DNA of 64,000 nucleotides from Stegostoma tigrinum (taxonomy: Eukaryota): positions 12,806,606 to 12,870,605 of the forward strand of contig NC_081385.1 in assembly GCF_030684315.1 (NCBI RefSeq), read 5' to 3'. Positions 13,520-26,477 of the stretch are shown one piece after another. The notes under the pieces were generated by a model, which saw only the letters and a list, made by a program, of their open reading frames with translations, made no database searches and was not told the DNA's origin. Made by a program: the position numbers and the translations under genes. Position 1 is the first letter of the stretch, and each line of letters starts with the position of its first letter.

Positions 13520-15075
13520 TAAATAAAAACCAAATTTCCTTTCTCAACGGAAAACTGTCTTAAATCTGTTTCTCTTGACATTCTCAGCTTGACTCCAACA
13601 CACTTGTGAGGAGCTCATGGACTTCTTCCTGATTAAAATTGAGACCATTTGATCAGCTACTACTGCTTTTCATTCTGTAGTCCACCTGACCAAGCCTTAA
13701 GGTTTCCTCTTGCCCTTATTCTGAACTTGAGACTTTCTCTCTTTCATATTTCCCACGTGCTTTTTCCACGCTTATCTTGCCTATAGACTGTCTTCCTATT
13801 AGACTACTGATCACCAACCTTTTCTTCCTGGATCTGACTTCAGTTGATAGTGTGTATGGTACTGTTTTTGTACCTCCCAAAAAAAATCCCTTCTCCCTCC
13901 ATCCTTGAAAACTACTGGTCCGTCTCCATGCTTCCCTTCCTTTCCACGATCCTTGAACGCATTGCCATCTCTTGAATATTTCTGTTTGCATCCCTTAATT
14001 CATGTTCCTGTCCCTACCGCAACACTCAAACTGTTTTTTCTCAAAGTCTTTGCATTCCATCCAACTGTGATCATCGTAAACTATCTCTTCTTGTAACTAT
14101 CACCCCTTCTGTAGCCTTTGATATGATTGCTCACATCATTTTCCTCTTCTGGTTAGCTGGGGCAATGCATACATGTGTGCAATCTGTTATCACTGGTGTC
14201 TTGCAAAGATCTAGCCCTAACGCCTTCGGTTTTACCATGCCAGTACCACTTGATTTTTTTTTTTTACTAAGTAAATGACCTGACTGGTTATCTAACATTG
14301 GTACTGGAGGAGCACAACGTTTTTCCAAAGAAAGACTTGGAGGATCGTGGACCTTGGATCTAATGTTTGCATCTCGGTGCTGTTCTGTATGCACTAATTA
14401 CATTCCCCTACCTGACAACTGTCTGAGACTGAACTGGACAACATGGGAGTATCAACAGTATAGACATATCTAACCCTAAAATGAACTCTCATCCATATTT
14501 CATGCTATGTCTAAGATTACTTGTCTCCAGTACTGAATCATTTCCTGATTCCTATCTCAGCTCATCTACTGTTGAAACCCTTATTCTCTCCTTTGTTATC
14601 TTAAAACTTGAATATTCTAATATACTTCTGGTTGGTCCCCCATGTTGTACACTGTACAAACACAGTTTTCATCTAAAAGTCTGGTGTCCATATCCTTACC
14701 TACATCAAGCCCTGTTCACTCATTGTTCCTCTGCATTTAAGTAGCTTCTAAAGTTTTCATTCTGTATTCACATCTTTTTAGGGCGTCAACCTGTCCTGTC
14801 ACTGCAAGCACCTCCAGCTCCACAACTTTCAGATATCTGAACTCCTCCAATCCTGGTGTTTTGAACAGTGCAAATCTTACTTCACTATTGATAGCTGTGC
14901 CTCAGCTGCTAAAACCCTAACCTTTGAAATTCTGTCTCTCCTGCTTTGAGATGTCCTGCTTATTGTATATCTTCAAACAGACTTTTGATCATCTGCTGTA
15001 ATATCTCCTCCTGTCAAATTTTGTTTCATAAAACTTCTATGAAGCACTGCATTAAAGAAGCTTTATAAAGAGGTT
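13520..15075 (+). mobile_element. Old L2-type LINE remnant
   Basis: The fragment YLSSSTVETLILSFVILKLEYSNILLVGPP resembles the L2 ORF2 motif ETLIHAFVTSRLDYCNSLLAGLP; pyrimidine-rich L2-like composition. Confidence 0.6.
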
Positions 15076-15396
15076 GCTGTTGGAGTGTTGGGGAAACTAA
15101 CCAGTTTTTCTTATTGAATGTTGATGTGTTTGTGACCTTCTAAAACAGTGGTAAACACTCCACTTTGCGTTTTAGTTGCCGGGATTATAACGTTCTTGGA
15201 GCAAATGGGTCTTTTTGGAAGGCTGTTGAAATGGGAATAGTACGTAGGGAACAGTGGTGTATGTAATATTTTGATGCGTAAATCTATCCTATCCCTAGTG
15301 TTGGTGGCAGAATGTATTCTGACTGAAGTAAATGCAGAATAAGAAGTGAGGAAACAAAATCTGGCAGGTCAAGAAGTCTATAATTTAAATTCTAGT

Positions 15397-15591
15397 GAGA
15401 TAACAAGGTGTAGAGCTGGATGAACACAGCAGGCCAGGCAGCATCAGAGGAGCAGGAAAGCTGACATTTTGGGTCTGGACCCTTCTTCAGAAATGCTTTC
15501 CTGCTCCTCTGCTACCAGGCCTGATGTGTTCATCGAACTCTACACCTTGTTATCTCAGATTCTCCAGCATCAGCAGTTCCTGCTATCTCCC
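15397..15591. mobile_element. Fold-back Penelope-derived mini-element
   Basis: Inverted arms ~15397-15461 and ~15495-15557 of the Penelope terminal sequence. Flanking direct repeat ATTTAAATT(C)(T/C)AGT at 15383-15396 and 15592-15605. Confidence 0.85.
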
Positions 15592-15799
15592 ATTTAAATT
15601 CCAGTTTTGTTTTGTATAATAGTCTTTTCAATCGCACTTGATCTGAACTTTGTGACTTCCAATTAAATTTGACCTTTTCAGTCAGTTTACAAAATTGCTT
15701 GGTGAATTTTATCTGTGCAACACTGCTTTGTCTTAATCCACAAGTGAAAATGCCCAGCTTCACAATGATTTAAAGTCAAAATACACTTTCTGTTTGCAG

Positions 15800-15926
15800 A
15801 TTGCCCTACCTGCTCTTTCTCCAACAATGACAGTTGGTACTATTCAACGATGGGAGAAGAAGGTGGGCGAGAAGTTGCTTGAAGGTGACCTTATAGCTGA
15901 GGTTGAAACAGATAAAGCAACAATAG
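15800..15926 (+). CDS. DLAT: DLAT exon 5 (lipoyl-Lys of domain L2)
   Basis: cag|[42 protein letters not shown](G)|gtatgc. Confidence 0.97.
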
Positions 15927-16454
15927 GTATGCATTGGTTGAGAGAAACCATACTAAACTTCACTTGTATACACTGAGCAACATTTTTAAAAGCAGTAACT
16001 GTAGACAATGGGTTTATGTGGACCTGAATTCTAATATTTTTCACTGTGGCCTAAAGTAGTTGCAGACATTACACTGTGGCCATTTGCAGGGTGATTATAG
16101 TTGGTTTGTCTTTATGGCCACTTGGGATGGCTTTGAGTAGGGTAACTCTTGATGTTAAGCTGATTTATAATTTGACATTGTGATAATTGACTCTTTGTGT
16201 AACTTTGTGGAAAAAGATGAAACCTTTCCTAACTTGTGTCCAAAATGAGCAGTGCCTGAGAAAAATATGATAAAAATTTAAGTAATTGTGTTTCCAGAAA
16301 AGAGAGTTGAGTTTTTACTAGTTTCCCTAGTTTTGTGAAAGTTAGGATGGCCCTTTAGCTAATTGACCAACTAGTGTGACACTTAATATAAACAGCCAAC
16401 AGGAATAAGAAATTATGAAAGTACTATTTATAAATTATGCATTGCGTCTCTTAG

Positions 16455-16636
16455 GTTTTGAAGTAATGGAAGAAGGTTATTTGGCCAAGATTCTGATACC
16501 TGAGGGTACCCGGGATGTTCCTCTTGGGACAACGCTGTGCATCATTGTAGAAAAGGAATCAGACATTTCAGCATTTGCTGATTACGTGGAAACTGGAGTT
16601 GCTGATATTAAGCCTCAACCAACGCCTCCAATTCCA
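16455..16636 (+). CDS. DLAT: DLAT exon 6
   Basis: tag|..[43 protein letters not shown]...PPIP|gtaaga. Confidence 0.97.
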
Positions 16637-16821
16637 GTAAGAAACTATCATATCTGCAAATTTGCAGAAATTATACATGGAACCTCAAATCTTTTCAGTA
16701 GAACAGGATTTTCTCTCGCCTATCATGCTGAATCTCTATTACTCATTTGGCACTTGCAATATTTTGATTTAATGAATGGCTGGATTATAATTTTGTTTCT
16801 AACTTCTGAAATTTACTGCAG

Positions 16822-16966
16822 CCTGCCCCTGTTGCGCAACAGCCTGCGGCAGCGCCAACTGTATCTCCACCAGTCAAACCCAGAGATCCCAAAAGTCGTG
16901 TCTTTGCTAGTCCTTTGGCAAAGAAGCTAGCAGCTGATAAGGGCATTGACCTCAAACAAGTGAAAG
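16822..16966 (+). CDS. DLAT: DLAT exon 7
   Basis: cag|[48 protein letters not shown](G)|gtaagc. Confidence 0.95.
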
Positions 16967-16992
16967 GTAAGCTGCATGGAAATTGAAAATTT

Positions 16993-17120
16993 CTGATGAA
17001 GCGTCTAGGCCCGAAACATCAGCTTTTGTGCTCCTAAGATGCTGCTTGGCCTGCTGTGTTCGTCCAGCTCCGCACTTTGTTATCTTGGATCCTCCAGCAT
17101 CTGCAGTTACCATTATCTCT
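16993..17120 (+). mobile_element. Solo Penelope (Neptune-type) 3' terminus with hammerhead-like core
   Basis: CTGATGAAGCGTCTAGGCCCGAAACATCAGCTTTTGTGCTCC..., nearly identical to the terminus at 56526-56614. Confidence 0.85.
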
Positions 17121-17867
17121 GAAAGTTGAAATGTGGTTGGTTAGCTAACAGCATTCGAGTTGGCTTGATTCAGTCAGTAGGATTTTTATTTCTGAATCAG
17201 AAGTTTGTGGATTCAGAACCACTCCATTATTTTTAGCTTGCTTGTTCAGGGTAGTCTTGCGTTGTCAAAGGCCTCATTTTACGAAGAGTGTTAAGGTCAT
17301 ACCTGCTTGTTCAAGGGAAAAAAAATAAAAGCTTCCGTGGCATTCTTGACGTGTGCAGGGGATTCTAGCATCTTGATTTGCAATCTTCAGCAAACCCTGC
17401 CAAAAGCAAATTCATTTCCTGCTTGTCGGCCTTTGCTGTGTGTAAAATGTCTGCTCTGTTCAGCTGCGCGGCACTTGCTGTCCATCAAAACAATTAATTT
17501 GCGTGAAGAAGCAGAGATAGTAATCCTGTGACATTACTATTACACCACTAAGTGTTATTTTGGCAAGCTTGCGATACGTATGCGACATGAGATACATTGA
17601 GATATGATTTTTTTTTTAATCCATTAAGATTTTGACACAAATTCTTCCTCAAAATAAACTGATTTGCTGTTACGATATAGTAACCTACTAATCACTTCTG
17701 AATGAAATTCCCATGGGAGAATTATTCAGGTAAAACACAGTTGAAATATATTGTCATGAATTTAACGCCAAGGATGCATAAAAGCTTAGCCCTCTTGAAA
17801 ATGGCTTTGAAGTGATAGCTGATATAGCTGATGTTTGTCTCTGAATTGTCACATTTTCTTTACTTAG

Positions 17868-17935
17868 GTACTGGACCCGATGGTCAGATCAGGAAAAAAG
17901 ACGTTGACTCATTTGTGCCTTCAATGGTTGCCCCA
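17868..17935 (+). CDS. DLAT: DLAT exon 8
   Basis: tag|..[22 protein letters not shown]|gtaagt. Confidence 0.96.
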
Positions 17936-18330
17936 GTAAGTTTGTTTAAAATAACTCTTCATAATGTGGCAGATCAACTGACTTTTGGATGTGAGATTAT
18001 ATAAATGAGAAGTTTAGTTTTATAGTTAAATGAAAAGAAAAGTTTATAGACGGCAGCAGTATTTCATCACAAACAGATTGCTCAGAGAATGCCAAACATT
18101 TGACTCACTTGAATTAAGTCTCTGAAAACTCTGGGAAAAGTGAATTGAATACAATACAATGAAATTTCAATTTCAAGGTGGAAATATTGCTGTGGTTTGG
18201 AATTATTCTAATCCTAGAAAAGTAAAATATTTGCAAATTGGATTCCAGTTTGAGAGTTCATATTTGTTTAGTAGGTGCCGGTGTCTACTCTGCCATTTGA
18301 TGAGATAATGATAAAATTTGAATCATAAAG

Positions 18331-18649
18331 AACCATAGAATCCCTACAGTGTGAAAAACAGGCCATTCGTCCCAACAACTCGACATCGGCCCTCCGAAGA
18401 GCATCCCACCCCAAACCCATTCCTCAAACCCTGCATTTCCCATGTCTAACCCACCCAACCTAAATGTGGCTGGGCACTATGGGAAATTTAGCATGGCCAA
18501 TCCACCTACCCTGCACATCTTTGGACTGCAGGAGGAAACCCACGCGGACTCGGGGAGAACGTGTGCTGTCCACACGGAGAGTCGCCTGAGGCTGGAATTG
18601 AATCTGGATCCCTGGCACTGTGAGGTAGCAGTGCTAGCCACTGTGCCGC
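18331..18649 (-). mobile_element. HE1-type SINE
   Basis: The reverse complement begins GCGGCACAGTGGCTAGCACTGCTACCTCACAG and contains CAGTCCAAAGATGTGCAGG. Confidence 0.85.
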
Positions 18650-18914
18650 TCCTTTGCAGCATTCTCTAATTTCCAGTTCATTGCTTCAGCAAAGTGATGT
18701 TTACTGTGCTGCATTATGGCCACTGTCATTACCCAAGTCATTAATGTGTATTGTACCATTGTGGTAATATTACTGGCTACATATTTCAATGGCTTGGTCA
18801 AAAGTTCTGGACATATAAATACAAAGCCTGCTGCAACAAACCGTAATGCCTACAGTGCACACTGCCTGTTCAAGAAGGAGGCTAACACTATTATCATAAC
18901 TATCATATTTGTAT

Positions 18915-19375
18915 AGTCACAGAAGCGTTCAGCACAGAAAATGGCCTTTTGGCCATTTGAGTGAGTCTGTGCCAGTCAAAAACAAGCACCTACCTATTCT
19001 AATCCCATTTTCCAGCATTTAGCATTGCAAGTGTGTATCTAAATACTTAAATATTATGAGGCTGTCTGTCTCTATCACCTATACTTTTCAGATTCCCATC
19101 ACGCTCTGGATGAAAACATTGTTCCTCATATCCTCTCTAAACCTGCTCCTGACCTTAAACGTATTGATTCCCCACCAAAGGGAATAAGTTCCTTCCTGTC
19201 TACCATATCAATTTCTCCTCATAATGATGTAACTTCTCTGCTGCAGGGAAAACAATCCCCATCTGTTCAATCTCTGTTAAGAGCTAAAACTCTCCAGTTC
19301 AGGCAACACCCTGGTGAATTTCCTCTACACTTCTCCAGTGCAATCACATCCCTCCTTTAATGCTAGTTCCAGATA
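18915..19375 (-). mobile_element. CR1 LINE 3' fragment
   Basis: Reverse-strand CR1 tail pattern (CAGGCAACACCCTGGTGAATTTCCTCTACAC..TCCAGTGCAATCACATCC). Confidence 0.65.
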
Positions 19376-19750
19376 TTAAAGAATGGCAAGAAATCTTGGC
19401 CTTTTAGAAATGTTGAGGTTTGAAGATCAAATGATACAAAAGTTGTTTCAATCAGGTATTTGCATACTAAATACCATTGACCTATTCCCTGTGAAATTGC
19501 TCTGTGAGTGACACGATATGGCACACATTTTGCAAGTGTCATACAGAGAAATCATGAGTGATCAGAAGAGGCAGAGTGTAGATTAGGGAAAGACTTGTAA
19601 CCTTCTTAGTGACAGGTTTTTTATTGAATTTTTAAGCGTAGAATTAAAGTGTGATACACATAACAAGAATAATTGTGTAGATTTTAGCTGCTTTCTGTAA
19701 TATGTAATGTCACACAACCTAACCTAATTATCATTTTTTTTTTTAAATAG

Positions 19751-19831
19751 ACTCCCACTCCAGCTGCTCCTGGGGTAGCGCCAGTACCCACTGGAACATT
19801 CACGGATATTCCCCTCTCCAATATACGAAAG
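19751..19831 (+). CDS. DLAT: DLAT exon 9
   Basis: tag|TPTPAAPGVAPVPTGTFTDIPLSNIRK|gcaatg, with a non-canonical GC donor. Confidence 0.9.
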
Positions 19832-19939
19832 GCAATGTACAATTAATAAAATTGCTACTGGTTAGATTGTTAAAATGGAGATAACAAATATGTCTCATTG
19901 CATTTTCCATTCACTGACTCCTTTATGGCTTACCATTAG

Positions 19940-20047
19940 GTTATCGCTCAGCGTCTTATGCAGTCCAAGCAGACTATCCCCCATTATTACCTATCTATAG
20001 ATGTCAACATGGATAATATCCTGGAACTTAGAAAACAGTTGAATGAG
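19940..20047 (+). CDS. DLAT: DLAT exon 10
   Basis: tag|[36 protein letters not shown]|gtatta. Confidence 0.97.
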
Positions 20048-20539
20048 GTATTAATGATTTTATATAAATAATCTTGTGACATGTTTATCCCTGGTCGCTT
20101 ATTAGCATTCTTCTAGCTGTAGCACCTACCATTTTTATCTGAAGGAGTGTGGCTGTAATCAGATACTCCACCTTTTTCCGAGCATTCTCTGATGCTGGGG
20201 CTCCATTTTGCTGTTGCAAAACATTTTTATTACATGAAGAGAATTCTGCTTAAAAATGTATTGGCATAGTAGACTCTCAGTCCAGTCATCCACGTTTGGA
20301 TTTAACAAGTTACTGGCAGTGAGGACCTGCTGATTAGTTGAAAGTTGTTCCTTGTATTAGCATTATGACGCCCCTGCCTTTTCATTCCTTTTACCCATTT
20401 GCATCCATGTCATCTCTTAAAAGATGTTAAGAACTCGGCTAGGGCTTTTCTTTTTAAACCTCATCTCCTGTTCTAATCTTGGCATAAATCTTTTGTGCAC
20501 TCTGTACAGTAATGTATTAAATGTTGCAGAATATTTGAC

Positions 20540-23500
20540 CTTAAGAGACAGCAGAATTAGGCCATCCGTGGCTGATACATATTTCAACCCCATTCTTCCT
20601 CCTCCTCCCTGTGATACTTGATCCCTTTATTAATCAAGAGCCTTCCACGGCCTTTTGCAGCAATGAATTACACAGATTCACCACCCACTGGCTGAAGAAT
20701 TTCTCAGGTCTAAATCGTCCCTTCACGCTGAGTCTGTGCTCTCGGGTTCTAGTTTCTCTGAATTAGTGGAAACGTTTTCTCTACCTCCATTCTATTCAGG
20801 CCTCTCAATGTTCTCTTAAGTTTCAATCAGATCTCCCTCTCCTTCTAAACTGCCCTTGACTCCAGGCCCTGAGTCCTCAACTGCTCCTTGTCATACAAGT
20901 CCTTTGTCCCAGGATTCATTCTTGTAAACCTCCTCTGAAGCCCTTTCAGCACCAGTGCGTCCTTCCTTGGATACGGGACCAAAAATTGCTCAGTATTCCA
21001 AATATGGTTTGACTAGAGCCTTGTACAGCAGTACATCTCTGCTGTTGTATTTCAGCCCTTTTAAACCGAATGCTAACATTGCACTTGCCATCCTGTGTAT
21101 TAGCCTGAAGAGAATCCCAAACTGGAACCCCCAAGTCCCTTGTGTTTCAGATTTTTGAAGCCTTTCCCTGTTCAGAAAATATTTTATGCCTCTACTTTTC
21201 CAACTAAAGTGCATAACTCTCGCTCTGCTACATTATATTGCATCTGCTACTTCTTTGCCCACTCTCCTCCACTCTGTCTTTTTGCAGCCTCTCCAGTTCC
21301 TCAACTTGTCTTTGTGTCACCTGCAAACTTAGCAACAACACCCTCAGTTTCTTTGTCCACATCATTAACGTATGAATAGTGTGGATAGTTGTGGTCCAAA
21401 CAGTGATCCTTATGGAGGTCCACTAGTCACTGGCTGTCATCCTTAAAACGAGCCCTTAATCCCTACTCTGCCTTCTACCACTCAGCCAATCCTGTATCCA
21501 GGTCTCTTGCCCCTAACACCGTGGGTTCCTATTTTGCAGCCTCCTGTGCAGGACCTTAGCACAGGCTTTCTAGAATCTAAATAGATCATGTCCACTGGAT
21601 CTCCTTTGTCTAACATTTTCATTACCTCCTCGACAGAATTCTAACAGATTTGTCAGGCATGACCTCCACTTGATGAAGCCATGCTGACTGAGTTCTAGTT
21701 TACAATGCACTTTCAAGTAATTTGCAATCACATCTTCAATAATGGACTCTAAAATGTTATCAATGACAAGGTCAGGCTATCTGGCCTATTGGTTTCTGTC
21801 TTCTGGCTCCCTCCCTTCTCAAACAGGTTACATTAGCCGTTTTCTCTTCCTCTAGTGTCCTCCCTGACCCCAGTGATTCCTGAAAGATCACTGCCACTGC
21901 CTCCATGATCTACTCAGCTATCCCCCTCAGAACCCTGGGGTGTAGCCCATCCGATATGGGTGTTTTATCCACCTTCAGATCTTTCAGCTTCCACAGCACC
22001 TCCTTCAGATTGGCCTCTGCACTCCTCTCTTCCCGTGACATTTGAAGTTCTGGTATGCTGCTAGTGTCTTTCTCCGTGAAAACTGATGCAAAGTGCCTCT
22101 TCAATTCTTCCGCTGTTTGTTTGAATCCCATTACTGTTACTACTACTACCCTAGTCTCATTTTCCCTGTGATCCAATATCCACACTTGCCCCTCTCATGT
22201 TTTAGATATCTCAAAAAAAAATCTCTTGCAATCTTCTGGCTAGCTTACTCAATATTTCATTTTCTTCCTCCCCATTGCTTATTTTGTCATTCTTTGCTAG
22301 TTCTTAAGGGCTTCCCAACCCTCAGGCCTTCCACTAATCTTCACCAAATTATATGCTTTTTCCTTTGCTTTTATGCTGCCTTTTGTTGCCTTGTCGTTGT
22401 CCTATATTATTCTTCTCAGGTTGAACTTCTGATGTTCCTCCCAAATTACCCCTGAGGAATTCCTGCACTTGTTGCACCAGTCTTCTCTGCTAGGCTGCCC
22501 TTCCAATAAACACTGGTCAGTGCCTCCTTCATAACTTTGTAACTACAAAGACATAATACCATTACATCTAATTCAAGCTTCTCACTCTCAAACTGCAGAA
22601 TTCTATCGTTTTATGGTCATTGCCCCTTAGGTGTTCCTAATAAGCTTCCTCATCAAGTTTGCCTCATTACACATCACCAAATCCAGAATTGCCTGTTCCC
22701 TACTGGGCTTTACCAAAAGCTGTTACAAAAGAAGACCATCTCACAGAAATTCCACAAATTCCTTTTCTTGAGATCTGCTGTTAGCCTGATTTTTCCTAGC
22801 CCACCACATATTGAAATCCCCCATGATTATTGTAATAGTGCTTTCCTTACATGCCTTTTCTACTTCATGATTTATTTTCTTCCCTACATTCTGACTTACT
22901 GCCTGTGCTGAAGTCTTATTGGATCTTTTTTCCCTTTGTGCTTCCGCAACTCAACCCGCGCAGACTCTACACTTTACGACTCTATTTCACTTGCAGTTGA
23001 TTTAATTTCATTTCTTACTAACAAGGCAACCCTGTCCCCTTTTCCCATCTGTCTGTCCTTTTGATAGGGCACGTATCCTTGGATGTTTAGTTCCATGCCC
23101 TGATACCCCAGTAGTCACATCTGTCATAACAACCACATCGAGCATGCTGATTCACTTTGCAGTACAAGCTCATTTACCTTGTTTTGTGTATGGCATGCAT
23201 TCCAGTACACATGCTGAGCTTTGTGTTGACTGTCCCTCTTCTCATAGTTGTTCCCTTATTTGCAGTGCCTAAAGTTAGATTCTTGACCTTTCTGTACTCT
23301 GTCCTATTACTTTTTCTGGAAACTTTTTAATCACCTGTCCTGCGCCCACTGCCCTTAACTTTTTCTATAATTTTCCACGAAACACTTCACTCCCTCCTCC
23401 TCTGCCTCTGCCGCCACAACAGCCATCCACAGCCCTACTTATGTGTTTGTGCTGTGCATCTGGTCCCAGCATGTTTCAGTGGAGCCTGTCCCAACAGACT

Positions 23501-24070
23501 AGCTCCCTCCTTCTCTAGTACTAGAATCAATGTCCCATGAATCCAACCAGTTTCTCCCACATCAACCTTTGAGCCAAGTGTTTACCTCTTTAATCTTGTT
23601 GACCTTGTGTCAACGTGCACATGACTCAGGTGGTCATCCAGAGATTATCATTTTTTTGGCTGTGCTTTTTAATTTAGCCACTTGCTGCTCTCATTCCCTC
23701 AGCAGAATCTCTTTTCTCTTTCTCCCTATATTGTCTGTGTCTACGCAGACCATGACAACTGCTGCTTCTCCTCCCACTCCAAGTTCCTCTGCACCCCACG
23801 TAAGAGTTCCTGAACTCTGGCACCAAGCAGGCAACACAGCCTTTGGGAGTCTCAATCCTGGCCACAGAGACGAGTATCTTCCCCTGACTATGCCATCCTT
23901 GATTACAACTGCATTTCAGTTTTCCGCCTGCTCTTGAATAGCTCCCTGTACCACGCTGTGGTCGTTTTGCTCATTCTCCCTCCAGCCCCCACACTCATTC
24001 TCACAGGGAGCAAGAATCTCAAACCTGTCAGACAAGCTCAAGGGCTCAGGCTCCTTCAGCACTACTATTC
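20540..24070 (-). mobile_element. Long degraded CR1-type LINE (ORF1 esterase remnant plus ORF2)
   Basis: Minus-strand fragments LKYNSRDVLLYKALVKPYLEY and LKVDKTPISDGLHPRVLR (ORF2). The ~23700-23870 region resembles the CR1 ORF1 SGNH-esterase motif (V.CLPGAR). Confidence 0.8.
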
Positions 24071-24233
24071 TCTCTATTTGTCTCGGACTTTTATTGGTGT
24101 TGGTTTCTTGGTTGTAAGAGTTGTTTGCTTACCTGCAATCACAAGTTTTAAGTAAATTTAAAAGTGAAGTTGTCATTTTGCAGCTTAGAACCGTGACAAG
24201 TGTTTAATAATTGTGATCCTTTTTAACTAACAG

Positions 24234-24352
24234 GAAGTCAAATCCAAAAACATTAAGCTGTCAGTGAATGATTTCCTCATAAAGGCTTCAGCCTTGGCAT
24301 GCTTAAAGATTCCTGAGGTTAATTCGTCTTGGCTGGACACATTTATCAGGCA
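24234..24352 (+). CDS. DLAT: DLAT exon 11
   Basis: cag|[39 protein letters not shown](Q)|gtgagt. Confidence 0.97.
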
Positions 24353-24792
24353 GTGAGTAGTCAATCAACTGTTTAAAAGTCTAAAATGTGTCAGTTTTAT
24401 TTGAAGCCACTTGCCTTTGTTTAATGTTTTAGTAGCATGTGAATCTGTCCATGGGAACCAAGTGGGCCATTTGGTCCCTTGAGCCTGTTTTGTCATTCAA
24501 CTCAATTTTTTTTTGGCTGTACTTCTGCCTCTGTGTTAATTTCCTGCACTATCCCCATATTCCCTGATTTCTTTAGTAAAATTATTAAATTGCATACTAT
24601 AGTTTTATAAAGGGAAAGTGTGGCGATGTACCTTTCCTTTCATGTGATGTGAAATTTCAGCCTCAAAAATGAGAACTCTGTTTTTGCAGGAATAGTAATT
24701 CAGGACTAAAGCGTCAGTAGTTTCATAATCTTCACGATTGGGTTGCCTGTCTCTGCATGGCAAATAAGGAACAGCAATGATCAATTTCATTA

Positions 24793-25035
24793 GGGAGGTG
24801 ATGGCCTAGTGGTATTATTGCTGGACTATTGATCCAGAGTCCCTGATAACATTCTGGGTACTGGATTCGAATCTCACCACAACTGATGGTGTTTTAAACT
24901 CAATAAATATTTGGAACTAAGAATCTAATGATGACCATGAATCCATTGTTCGTTGTCAGGGGAAATCCCCATCTGGTTCACTAATATCCTTTGGGCCAAT
25001 GATGCCCCTATCCAGTGAATGAATAAAGGGAAAAA
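24793..25035 (+). mobile_element. tRNA-derived SINE
   Basis: GGGAGGTGATGGCCTAGTGG (A box), GGATTCGAATC (B box), A-rich tail TGAATGAATAAA. Confidence 0.7.
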
Positions 25036-26291
25036 AAACACGCCATTAGAAGTGTTGCCGTCTTTAAAATGAGACTACACCCATCCCTCTTTTTTTGAGA
25101 AGTAGAAATTTTGTCAAACTGTCAATTTGTACCATTAACACAATAGGTAAATGGCTGTCACTATGACCCTTGTCTCATTCACTCGGATGTGGTTCAGTTT
25201 AAGTAATTTGTGTGTAATCAATTAGACTGAAATGTGAAAAACTTAAGAGTTTGTCATACTGGTTCAAAGCCATAGGGCAGAGTTTAGCCTGAAAGGCCCT
25301 TTGTTCATGTGTCCTTAGCAACTAGTGGCATTATCAAAATTTGGGTGGTGTATGTTGCAGGCCTGTAAGAATAATAAATGCGCTCAGTAGTAAAGAATGG
25401 GTTGAGAGTTTTGGTGCACACTAAAAGTATTGAATAGAATATTCTCTGTACCACAACCTCAACATGAGCATGGGTTAGGTATAAAATGGGCTAGGGAAGG
25501 GGTAGAGAGTACACGTTATTAAAAAGCGGGGCACATTCATAAAAGTAACATCAGTGAAAAATTTTTCATTTCTTTTGATTGAGACTACCAACTGGCGAGC
25601 AACTTGTACTGAACTCTGAATTGTCTGTCCTGTGGCCCTTTGCTTGTTTAAAACAAAGCTGGATTGCAAGTGCCTCAACTATTTGCTGATGTAACTGATC
25701 CAACCAGTTTACAGTCATGAGGAAAGGTGCAGTTATCCCATCTATCTTGTATTTGAACCAAGCTCAGGGAAGTGATGAAAACAGTGTGCTTGCATTAAAG
25801 CAAAGTGCTATCGAGGATTTTATTCCCTACTTAAAAGGTTTATGATCCGTCCACTTGAAATTATTTAAATTACCCTGTTGGATATGTCCCATGTGTGTCA
25901 TAACAAGTGGGGCTTGAGCCAGATCATCTGGTTGTGTTAGAGACACTACCGGTTTGCCGTAAGACCTGCCGTGATTTGTCTGTGTATCTTTAAATCAACC
26001 TGTCCTGACATATTATGACACATGTGCGGACCTTCCAACCAAACACTGCAGTGAAGCTACAACCTTGTTAGTGTTAGTGCTGGCCATTGCGCTTCTCACC
26101 CGAACAAAGTACAATGCCTTAGACCACTCACTCACCCAATCTGACGTCTTCAAACTTTTCTTGTAATAATTTATTAATGTCATTGTTATCTGAGCAATAT
26201 CCTGCTCCAGAAATTTGTGGTAGGGTTAAACAGGTATAAACCTTCAAAAGGATCAAATAGAGTAATTTAGTTGCTGTCTGTTTCCTATCAG

Positions 26292-26454
26292 AAACCATGT
26301 TGTGGATGTTAGTGTGGCTGTGAGCACTGCTGCTGGTCTGATTACTCCCATTGTGTTTAATGCACATATCAAAGGACTTGCCTCCATCAGTAATGATGTG
26401 AAATCCCTTGCGGAGAAAGCTCGTGATGGAAAACTCCAGCCCCATGAATTTCAG
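26292..26454 (+). CDS. DLAT: DLAT exon 12
   Basis: cag|..[54 protein letters not shown]|gtaaga. Confidence 0.97.
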
Positions 26455-26477
26455 GTAAGAATTAATATTTGAAAAGA

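Noticed and set aside
16415-16930. 171-aa ORF reading through DLAT exon 6 into intron 6
   Set aside because: Canonical splice sites at 16636 and 16822 restore homology; the read-through part is out of frame and non-homologous.
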